From: Rozella allomycis CSF55
Taxonomy: Eukaryota
Length of the DNA stretch: 56,601 nucleotides
Assembly (NCBI GenBank): GCA_000442015.1
Contig: KE560757.1
Coordinates: 1 to 56,601, forward strand
Direction of reading: 5' to 3'
Part shown: positions 37,271-48,100 of the stretch, in pieces
How positions within the stretch are numbered: position 1 is the first letter of the stretch
How the letters are laid out: every line of letters begins with the position of its first letter
Position numbers and translations under genes: made by a program
Notes under the pieces: model-generated
What the model saw: only the letters and a program-made list of their open reading frames with translations
Database searches by the model: none
Told to the model about the DNA's origin: nothing

Positions 37271-37670
37271 TTATGGATAATATTTCCAATCTGGTTCTTT
37301 CATACGATCATACAAACTACCCAAGAGTTCCTTAAAAAATGGCTCCTGTATACCATTAGCAATTCGTTCTTTACTATCTATTATTGTTAAGCTTACCCTT
37401 TCTTCCTTTCGATACATAATAATTAAACACACCCGCTACACCAAAAGGAAAGAAGAATGCATAAAAGTATCTGTCGCCGTGGGAGCGACCCATATGTAGC
37501 CAATGTGCGTACCTAACCCTGAAAGAGGTACCTTTAGATGGAGTCTTGTTCTTAAAAACTCTAAAAGTATCCTTTATCTTGGTATTCTTAAATTCATCGA
37601 ATGGATTAACAAGTGGATTGGGGAGAGTGATGGCTCTTTTCAATACCATTGGTGGCTGAGAGAACAACAT
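37271..37670 (-). CDS. Small single-TM protein, possibly divergent ATP synthase subunit f (Atp17-like)
   Basis: 'MVLKRAITLPNP...RVRYAHWLHMG...FFFPFGVAGVFNYYV' follows the layout of yeast Atp17. One 28-nt intron. Confidence 0.45.
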
Positions 37671-37749
37671 TGAACATTCTACAAATTATGTCAAAAAGTA
37701 TTTTATTAAAGTTAATGCTTCATTAGACCAGCTTCTGTCTTGCAAGTAG

Positions 37750-38715
37750 TTAAACCCGCACTTCCTTGCGAATGTGAGTTGGATTGGGTACAGATGATCT
37801 TACACCCAAAGGGTTTTTGGAATAGGATAAACGTATGCCTCCCTTTTTAGAGCAGCGTAACATTGTTCCTTGAAGTTGATGCATTGCTGCAGTTGAACAC
37901 AAAATGTCTTGGAATTCAACAAAACACATAGGACCATTGTCCTTCACACGGAAACTTAATCTGCGATATCCATGACATTTAATAAACACATCTCTTAGCT
38001 CTGTTTCTGTTGCATTTGGTGGCAAGTTTCCAACATAAAGAGTGTTACATGGCGCATTTTCAACAGCAGTAATGAATTGATCAAGAATACCCGATGACAG
38101 TTGTATTGTTGTATTCTTGGCAGGCATGTTAACTGGACTTGGAGGTAATGGAGGACTGATCGCTTCTGCTAAAACTGGGCTGCTGGACATATCGGGAAAT
38201 GTATAATTGCTAATATCTTCAGGATCAGGCAAAGGATCAAAAGGAGGAGGTTGCAATACAGGGGAAGGCAATTTACTTTCTTGAGTCCAAAGAGCAAGAT
38301 CCGGGAATGATGGTCTGCGATACATTGCTTCGTCAAATTCAAAAGGAGAAAAGCTAAGTGTCTCACTGGCATCTGAGGTTTCATTGCGTTCTTCCTTTTC
38401 AAAATTGATGTTTTTCGAAACTAATCCGGCAGTCAAATGCTTTTTGCCATTAGTTTCTGCTCTCCTTCCAGTGATTCTTTCACATGCCTGCAAGGCATAC
38501 TCTTTACTATAAAAATGAGCGAACCCGACCAATTGAGTTTTGGATGATACCAATGGTGGCAAATTGTCTCTCCAGGCCTCTTCTGGTGGATTTTTTAGAA
38601 CTGCAAAGTCAAATCCATCGCAAAAGGTAAACATGTTTTGAAACTCTCTTTCTTGTATATCTTCAGGGAGTCCAGTAACAAATATTGTTGAAATTTCTTC
38701 AGGTAAGACCGTCAT
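37750..38715 (-). CDS. Two-RRM RNA-binding protein (Scw1/Whi3-like)
   Basis: 'EEISTIFVTGLPEDIQEREFQNMFTFC' and 'PCNTLYVGNLP...GPMCFVEF...KGGIRLSYSKNPLGVRS'. Confidence 0.9.
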   Translation of the reverse strand: MTVLPEEISTIFVTGLPEDIQEREFQNMFTFCDGFDFAVLKNPPEEAWRDNLPPLVSSKTQLVGFAHFYSKEYALQACERITGRRAETNGKKHLTAGLVSKNINFEKEERNETSDASETLSFSPFEFDEAMYRRPSFPDLALWTQESKLPSPVLQPPPFDPLPDPEDISNYTFPDMSSSPVLAEAISPPLPPSPVNMPAKNTTIQLSSGILDQFITAVENAPCNTLYVGNLPPNATETELRDVFIKCHGYRRLSFRVKDNGPMCFVEFQDILCSTAAMHQLQGTMLRCSKKGGIRLSYSKNPLGVRSSVPNPTHIRKEVRV

Positions 38716-38927
38716 TAATACACGTAAGTTACAATGCTAATTGAAGTGGGAGGTGGCTTAATTGAGGCACCCTTGATTTAATTTGGCGTACACGTGATGT
38801 TGTCTTTACGGAAAGTACTGAATAATAACAACAACAAGTTTTAAAGTTTTATATTTTAACACTAATAAAATGAAATCCGCGACAGTGGTCTATTTAAATA
38901 TAGATATGATTTCACGAAATTTACAAA

Positions 38928-39234
38928 ATGAAACTTTTGTTTCCAGCCATATTTTTAATTCTCTTCGTCACTGTATCCTCGGCGTCTATTTTTGATTTTT
39001 TTAGAGGTGAAGGAGATAGTAATTCAGAAAGGACAGAAAGTAAATAGTACGATCCTTACTAACAAAGAAAAGAAACAAGATGAAACCTTTTGCTCAGGTT
39101 ATTTATGTCCTATAACAAACAAGTGCGTTGACGAGCCCAATCTTTGTCCTTGTGAAAACGAACTAAGCAAAAGATGTGTTTTGAAATCGTCATCATGGTA
39201 TACGTGTGTTAATCCCGATGAAAATTGCCCATAA
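38928..39234 (+). CDS. Small secreted Cys-rich protein, LCL2-like
   Basis: Signal peptide, 'SIFDFFRG', a 28-nt intron containing TACTAAC, then 'CSGYLCPITNKCVDEPNLCPC'. Confidence 0.7.
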
Positions 39235-39319
39235 TTTGAATAAATGAATTTTTAAGCAGAAAGAAAATTGTTTTTCTCAATCCATATTTCCTTTAATTTT
39301 CATTTGCAGCCTTAATTAA

Positions 39320-41000
39320 ATGTCAAATGCCTATGAATCCAAAACACCTGAAGATGAACAACTATCAATGACGTGGGAATTCTTGGAATATAAAAACTTA
39401 GCTGAAGAGGCAAAAATATTCATTGAAAACAGAAGCAATCTACGAATTGATGGCAGCTCTGAGAATAATCTCGATTTATGCCCTTCGGATAAGAATTTCC
39501 GAGAAATAAGCACTAATTCATCTAAAACACCTAATTCTGGAATGATTAGGAGAACATCAAGTCGCATGCTTATCCTTCCAAATCAAATTGATATGGTGGA
39601 GATTCTAACAAGATACGCAGCTCAAATATATGCAACAATTGAATCAGTTAGCTTTGATGTAGATCAGATCCAAAATGACTTAACATGGTTTCATATTTCG
39701 ATCAAGATGGATTCGTCTGGAGATCTTTGGACCATCAGAAAGTCTTTTCTACAATTCGAAGATCTTGATTTACAGGTAAATATTGGTCTTTATAGTATTA
39801 GATAAAAAATTTAAAGGGTCATGTCCATCCAAAGTTTCCTTCTCGTAAGTTATTCAAAGTCCCAAATCCGAAGAAGAGAGTAAAGAGAAAGGGTCACATG
39901 CAAATCTACCTAGATCAAGTCATTCAATTGTACAAAGAAGATTCAAATGTTATTTCCTTTCTGTCTTCAGACATTTTGTTACCGGGAAATCGCGAGGTCA
40001 CAGATTGTAACACAAGGAGCAAAAAAGAAGTATGCGAATTTAAATGATATAAATCAGCAAATACTAGAAGCAATTGAAGGTTATTTAATCAAGAGAGGCA
40101 AAAATTTTGGTCGATGGAAACCAAGATATTTTGTGCTGAGGCCGGATCGAATTGATTATTATAAAACGAGGTATGGTGGATTCTTGGGAACGATACCTTT
40201 GTGTGGTGCCCTTTTGAAGAATCAGACATCGGATTTTGGGGAGTTCAAACATGGTTTTATTGTTAATGACTCGAACGGCAAAACTCATCTACTTTGCGCT
40301 TCTCATGAAAAGGAAAAAGATGATTGGTTACATGCCATTTATCATAGAATAAATGATTGTAGTTCAAAAATAGTATCCCGTCGCACAAGTTGCGTCATGA
40401 TGGAGGGACGTAGAAATAGTATAGATGATGAAAAGGAGAAAGTTGATAATGGAAACATACCAATTATTTTAAAAAAATGTGTTGCTTATGTAGAACGAAA
40501 CATAAAGGAAGAAGGGCTTTACCGCATATCTGGGTCAACAAAGTCAGTTTCCAATCTCAGAGAGTCAATACGATTGAGTATTGAATCTTTTATATTTTTA
40601 ATCTAGATAGTGATCTAGATTTATCTGCATTTGATGTTCACACTGTGACAACATATATAAAGCTCTACTTGCGAGAAACCCATGAAGCTCTAATTCCTAG
40701 ATCATGCTATCAGGAGTTAGANACAGTATTTTAAGTAATAATCTCTATCAACAGTTGACGATAGATATAAGCTCAATTGATGTAAAATGTGAATTGATAA
40801 AGAATTTCTTGACTAGTATTCCCGCCCCACAATACGAAATGATTAAATTCATTTTTCAACACCTTTGGAACATTATTCAATTTTCTCATAAGAACAAGAT
40901 GACAGCCAGGAACCTTACAATTCTTTTTTCGATCACCTTGGGTCTACCGACGCAAGCGGTTCATTTGTTAACCACCAAGGCAGATGTATTCTTTCAATAA
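39320..41000 (+). CDS. PX-PH-RhoGAP protein (Bem3-like architecture)
   Basis: PX 'WTIRKSFLQFEDLD', PH 'EGYLIKRGKNFGRWKPRYFVL', RhoGAP 'EEGLYRISG...NKMTARNL'. Confidence 0.85.
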
Positions 41001-41069
41001 AAACTATTAATTTATTTCTATTTAAAAAGTTTAAAGTAAAATTCACTGACAGTTGTTCCAAGCCACTAA

Positions 41070-43324
41070 ATGAATAAAAAATCAAAAGCTGAAAGTTTGT
41101 TGGAAAATCTCCCACATCTTCAGAATTTGATTAAGAGAGATCCTATTTCATACAAGGAAGAATTTTTGCAACAGATGACACATTTTGAATCTTCGCTTTC
41201 TATTTTTCAATTGAATCCTACCAAAGAAGATGATCATTTTTCGTCTCTTGTGTCATTTCTTGGTCACGTAACAGTAGTGTTTTAGTTTAAATAGGTTGTT
41301 GGATGTTATCCTGAACATGCCAAAGATTATCCAAAAAAATTAATGGACGTTTTGAATCAGCATTATTTGGTTTTGAACTCCACTGTGCGTAAATCTATTG
41401 TTCAGTCTTTGACATTGTTAAGAAAACATGATGCGATTTCTTCTTTGGAGTAATTTTATTGCAATTGTGTTATGAGATTATTGGAATTGTTTTTTAAACT
41501 GTTTAGATGCAAAGACCAAGCTTTGAGAGAATATATTTATAATTATATTATTACAGACATCAAAGCAGCTAATTCAAAAGCCAAGAATAACAAGTTGAAC
41601 AAGACGTTACAAAATTTTATGTATCAAATGTTGTCTGATTCATGTCGTGTAGCAGCAAAGAAATCAATCGATATAATGATTGAATTGTACAAGAAAAATA
41701 TTTGGTAATTTTTAACTGAAGATTTTATGTAGGAATGATCAAAAGACTGTGAACGTGATTGCCGAAGCATGTTCAAGTAACGACTTGAAGTTGGTTGCTA
41801 CTGCGCTTAACTTTTTTCTGGGTCATGATCAAGAAGAAGAGGAGGAAGATGAAGTAATTTATTTTCAATATCTAGAGTTTAGGATATCCCTGACATTAGC
41901 AGCATTCAACATTCGAAAACTGTCGGAGGAAAAACAAGAGCCAAGGAGACAAAGTTGAAAAGAGCTAAGGCTATTGTTAGAAGAAAGAAGAATAAGGATT
42001 CCAAAGTAGAAGTTTTTAATTTTTCGGCGATCCATTTGTTGAATGATCCTCAAGGGTTTACTGAAAAGTTGTTTTCCAAACTTAGAGATTCACCAAAATC
42101 TCTTCCTTTTGAGATGAAAATAATGGTTATGAATGTGATTTCCAGAGTTATTGGGATTCACAAGTTGACACTTTTGTCTTTTTATCCATTTTTGTTTAAC
42201 TATTTGAATCCACATCAGCAAGAAGTTACTTTAATTTTAACATTTGCAGCCCAATCAACTCATGAGCTCATTCCACCCGAGGACATTGAGGCGATGGTTA
42301 AAACTATTGCTAATAATTTTGTTGCTGATCACTGCGCACCTGAAGTCATTACTGTGGGTCTAAATTCTATTAGAGAAATATGTTCTAGAAATCCATTGGC
42401 AATGAATTCTGATCTTTTAAAAGATTTAACAGAATACAAAGATTACAAGAACAAGGGTGTTGTAATGGCTGCTAGATCGTTAATTCAATTATTCCGAGAT
42501 AAAAATCCAGAATTGCTTCATCGTAGAGAGAGAGGAAAGTTTGTTTCAGAAAATATGAAAGAATTTAAGAAATTACAGTTTGGTGAATCTTTAGCTCTGG
42601 AATCTCTTCCTGGAGTTCAAGTAATTTTTTGATTAATTATCATAAAGTCCTTATTGAAGGAAGAAGAAAATGAAAAAGATTGGGATGAATGGGAAATTGA
42701 AGAAGATGAAGAAGAGAGTGAAGGTGAATGGATCGATATGCCACAAGATGAAGACATTAAATTTGATGATGAAGAAGATGCTGAAATGACTGAAGAAATG
42801 ATTCAAGAAGAAAAAGATTTGAAAACTAAAACGGCTGAATTTCTTCAAACTAAAATTTTGACACCCCAAGATTTTGCGAAAATGAAACAAACAGAAGAAC
42901 AAGATTTAGCTGAAAGAATGGCAGGTGTTAAAAAGTCAAAGAAGAGATCAGCAGACGCCATGAATGAAAATGATGAACTTGTCAACGTTAAAGACATTGA
43001 AGGTTACCAAAAGAGAGCTAAACAAACTTATGAAGAAAGAATGGAATCCATCAAAGTAAAAATAAAATTCATTTTTAATTTTAGGCTGGACGAGAAGGCA
43101 GAGAAAAGTTTGGTTCCAGAAAAGGTAAAAAGGATAAAGAATGCAGCTCTACAAATCGTGAAAAACAAAAAAAGAAAAACTTTCTTATGGTCGCTCACAA
43201 AAAAGAAATTAAAGGAAAATCTAAACTCAAACTTAGAGATAAACAAGTAAAATATTAAATCAATTCAAAAACTTAGCGTTTACTTCGTGAGCATCACATT
43301 CGTCAGAAAATGAAGCGAAAATAA
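41070..43324 (+). CDS. SDA1: Protein SDA1 (60S biogenesis)
   Basis: '[20 protein letters not shown]', '[20 protein letters not shown]', '[14 protein letters not shown]', '[15 protein letters not shown]'. Seven mini-introns. Confidence 0.96.
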
Positions 43325-43368
43325 ACTCAATAAACTATTTATTCATTGACTCTTTTACACACCTTTAT

Positions 43369-43870
43369 TTAGAATTCATCATTCTTTCTTCCAAACTTCA
43401 TTATCAGCGCACTTTTATAATCTCGAATAAGTTTAATTACCTTAATGTGATCAAAACGTTCTCTACAATTAAAGCTGTACCAGGCGCTGCATTGTTCTTA
43501 TTCTGAAACTCTACAATCATAATCCACACGGATGATATCAATCCACCAAGAATCAATAACATAGTAATTATCAAACAAAATATTCGTGCATTTCGAGTGG
43601 TACTATCGTATGAACTAAATCCATCATCATTCAACACATCCAGTGAAAGTGCATTGATTCTTTTATTCCAAACTCTAATTCTTACAGTATCAAGCCAATA
43701 GTGCTAATAATTCCAGGTATCCAGTGCCCAAAATATATTCCCTTCATATTAACATTTGCATCTATCCACACCCAAAGTGCTATACCAAACTATGGAATTT
43801 TAAATTTAAAAGTTACCAAAATACCACTAATATGTGATACTATCATATTTCTACTGTCTTCTAAGCCCAT
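43369..43870 (-). CDS. VPS68: Vps68/TMEM50 family protein
   Basis: 'SHISGIL|FGIALWVWIDA...HWIPGIISTIGLIL|INALS'. Three mini-introns. Confidence 0.85.
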
Positions 43871-44095
43871 TCTGATTCTCGTAGAGGTGGCTCAGCACTC
43901 TAATCTTGAAATGCACGATAAAAAGTAATTATATACTATGCTATAGGATAACTCCCGTCTTACATTGGAAATCTAAATGATGAAATCTATAGACTTNGCA
44001 TTAAAAGTCTAAATGATAAAATCTATAGACTTGCACTATGAAGACGTACATTGTAGGCTGCGTGGCTTGGCGTTCTAATCTATCTAATCGGGGTT

Positions 44096-45194
44096 ATGAC
44101 ACTAGATCAAAATCCTTCTACCCCGAACGATGAGGCATCAATATGGCCGGAAGATGTTGAAATGGCATTCCATGAAGCATTAGCACTGTATCCTCCAATT
44201 GGACGAAGAAAACTCTTGGAAGAAGGCAAGATGTATGGTAGCGAATATCTTTTTTAATAACAGGGAGGAACGAATTAGTTGCAAAGTACATTGAGAAAAA
44301 GACAGACAAGGTGAGATCAAGAAAGCAGGTATCCAGTCACATCCAAGTTTTGAATAAAAAGAAGAAGAAACTTGAAAGCAGATTAGTAAGCAATGAAACG
44401 AAAAGGTTTAAAGGGGCTGGGAACTGATGATGACTTTCGATGCGGTCCATTTTTTGATTCAACGCTCTTTACGTCGTTTCCATTTCACATAAAGAATACA
44501 GAGTTTAGTTATGTTGCATATGATCAAATGGATATGAATCAGGTAATTAATTAATATATTACAAATTGAAACATGTATTCTTTTCACTCACTATGAATTC
44601 GTATCCAGACACTATCAATGAATACATTGACATTGATTTTTGTCAATATAGATTTCCCGGATTGAAAGAATTAAAAGATATTGGCCATCCAAGTGTATTC
44701 TATCATAGCATAATTAATGTAATTTCTCTATTTTAGTGCAAAAGGTCAATACAGATCTACCGCGGAAAACGTCACAGTGGAAATTTAATTTGAAATGCCG
44801 ATTTGATTCTACAGAGAGTTTTACATCAAGATGTTGGACACTGGTATTTTCGTTCGGCAAAACAATAATTGATAAAAAGCAGGTCGTCCAGAGTATAAAG
44901 TGTAAAGATGGTTATACATTTTGCTTTGACCATAANTGTAAAGACGGTTATACATTTTGCTTTGACCATAATCCATTATGCCAGTTTGTAGAATCTCTAA
45001 CAAATGAAATGATTGGGTTGCAGTCTATTGATTTACAACAAAATGTTCTCGACAATATTTCAGTTTTACAGGTTCATAAATGAATTTTCTATTAATAGAT
45101 CGTCTATGACATGAATCAAGAAACAATTCTGTATTGCAATGCAATAATATTTCAAATTGACAATCATTATAACAAGATACTGAAAATTAAATAA
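44096..45194 (+). CDS. TEA/TEAD transcription factor with C-terminal YAP-binding-domain-like region
   Basis: TEA: 'IWPEDVEMAFHEALALYPPIGRRKLLEEGKMYG|RNELVAKYI...RSRKQVSSHIQVL'. C-terminus: 'FPGLKEL', 'VFSFGKTIIDK', 'NPLCQF', 'NVLDNISVLQ|IV'. Five introns; about 309 aa after removing the 36-nt N-duplication. Confidence 0.9.
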
Positions 45195-48100
45195 AATTTA
45201 TTTTATGGCCAAGATTGAATTTTTCCATTTCTATAAATAAGAGTTCCATTCTTTCATGCAACGGCTTCAAATCATTAGAAACAAAATCGCCGTGAATTTT
45301 TAGAGATCTTTTTATAATTTCTAAATGCTCGTCTATTAAAGAATTTAGGTTTTTTAATTCTGTGAGATTGCTTGGTGAAGCCTTAAAGGCCTCGTGAAAC
45401 TTTCTAATACCACCATTCACAGCTGCGTCTATAGCTCCATTTAATGCCATTGTAAAAGGATTAGATACACTTTTAGAAATATTTGTCTTTTTTGCTAGTA
45501 ATGCCAAATCACGAGATTTTGAGTAGATTATATTACATGCATTTTTAATTGGACTTAAATGGATACTTTGAATACCTTTTATACTACATGTGGAAACAAA
45601 AGAAGGAAAAGAACGTTCCGATGTTATACAAATCCTCTCAGCAAATAAATTCGAGTATTCATTTATTTCCTCATTCACAGATTTAATAATTGGAATGTCA
45701 AAGAAGAAACAATCAATATTACTATTTTCAGTGTGCTTCCTTGTAAATTCTGGATAGTCTGAATCAATAATAGGCAATAGCGGAGAGCTTTGGGAAAGAT
45801 CAATCTCCACTTTCTTTACTTGAATATTCATATGATCATCATTTTTAATTTTATTGTCAATCAATTCATTGTTTTTCATTAATTTCGCGGACTGAAATTT
45901 GTTTTGAATTTTCTCTGTAAATGATGAAATCTTCTCAAATAAAGCCGCTTGATAAATGAATTGTTTATTTCGAAAGAAAATTGGAAATCTCATGCCATAA
46001 AATGCGACTCGGTAATAATCTGGATAAAAGCGCTCGACTGTTGCTAATTTACGATACAATTTGGCTTGTATCTCTAGAATATCGGCTAATTTTATAAAAT
46101 TCATGTTATTTTTTAGGACTAGAGAATATTCATCGCATAATTCTATGGCCTTTTCCCATTCATTTCCTTTATCAAAGTAATCGATAATAATATCATAAAT
46201 TTTGCACTTTCTGGTAAAGCTAGATTCTTTGGGATAATCATTAAATGGCTCTAAATACGTATTTGGATCCCAATCAATCATTTTGGCATGTTCATAAAGG
46301 GCAAATGCGGCTTGAGACCAATTCGAAGCTTTTACGTGGCAATCAATAATTTTGTACAAGTAGCTTACATATTTATCAATTAATCCATTTTCTAGATACA
46401 TTTGCATTATTACAGACATGGCAAAACATCTCTCACTATCAAAATCAATACTTTGTGGAATGGAATGCAGACTATTTAATAAATCATTGAACTGCATCAT
46501 TTCTTTAGCGAATGATGCCACCTTAGAGTCTTTAGAGTTGTATAGACTATTGAAGAATGAAGAATATTGAATATCGTCCTTGTCAATCACTTGCAGTACA
46601 ATATTCCTTATTGATTTTATATCAATAGAGGATAAAATATGATTAAATATTGAAATTCCGAAATCAGAGATTGTAGATGACTTGTTGGAGCATAGTATAA
46701 TCGTTGGTTCCACAAACTCTAATGAAACCCTTGTTTGGCATTTAGCCCATATCTTTTCCAACAAATTAATAACATCATTTTCTATTTTCTGAATCATTTC
46801 ACGGTATTCGATATTCAGAAGTCTATAATCTTTGTGAAATGATTGTTGAGATAGGATAGTTGTCAAAAGAATGAAGCATTGCTCCAAGTGCAATTCCTTT
46901 TCATATGAAAAGAAGATGAATTTGAATACGATTTGGTGAATGCTGTTATAAAGAGATACCCAGTTAGATTTGAAGACATTAGACGTGAATATTGTATTAA
47001 AAACATGAAACAGTTTAGGAATAAATAGAATAGGGATTTCTTCGCCTTTTAAATTCTGAACAATCTTTAAAGTAAAAAGGTAATGATTGGAAGAAATGTT
47101 TAGGCCGATTATTTTTTCAAGTAGCGGGAAACAGTTTTCAATGAAAAAAGATTTATCAGTTTGTAATATAGAATTCAAAAGGGAAACCAGGAGATTTGGA
47201 ATGTCTTGACCTATTTGAATGTTCGTTTCAAAAAGGGAATTAACTTTGTTACAAATTTGGTTCATGACAGATTTATTATTAAGAGTTTCATTTTGAATTA
47301 TTTTTATAAAAAACAAAATTACGTGATTGGAGGAATCATTTCTGTTTACGGGCAACGATTTAATGAACGAGCATAGATGGTTGACCCTTGTAGTAAATAA
47401 ATCAAGAGAGGAATAAAAACTAACAATTATTGAATTTTTAATATTAATGTCTAAAGAATCATTGTGCATTAATTGGATTAGAGAATTTAGGAAATTATTG
47501 ATAGTAAAATCTAAATAGTCACTTTGCGTAGAATTTTTGATTAATAAAAGAAAATATTTAAAGCACAAGGTGATTTCTTTGAATTCTTGAAACTCTGAAT
47601 GATTTTCTATTATTATTGTCAATGATTGGACTATGAATGGAATAACTTTGGAGTGATTGAAATGATTTAAATAATTTTGAAGAATATTTTCGTCTTTATC
47701 AAATTCCATGATTGTGTTTAAAGTGAAAATTAAAGCGTTTAAACTTGAAAGTTGAACTTGGCTGAGCAATTTTAGATCTGATGACCCAGCCACAGTAGAT
47801 CTTTGTTTACTTTTGAAAGAATAATCGAAAATTTCAAATAAGCAATTTAAAGAATTTTCATGAAATAAAATTAAATCCATTTTTGGAACTTTTAGAAAGT
47901 TTGATAGAATCGAAGTAAGTCTTAAAGTGAATTTACGATTATTCCAATCTAAAAGATCTGAAAGATTTTCATTGTGAGTGAATCTATTAGAAAGAAAAAA
48001 AGATGAAACTTGAACATAATCACGTGAAAAGGTTAATTTTGCCTTGTTAGATCTTCCAGTTGAATTTTGTGAATTTACAGATTTATTATCTTCAAATGAA

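Noticed and set aside
44901-44971. Duplicated peptide CKDGYTFCFDH in the TEAD C-terminal domain
   Set aside because: N-flanked assembly duplication. A single copy restores collinearity with TEAD.
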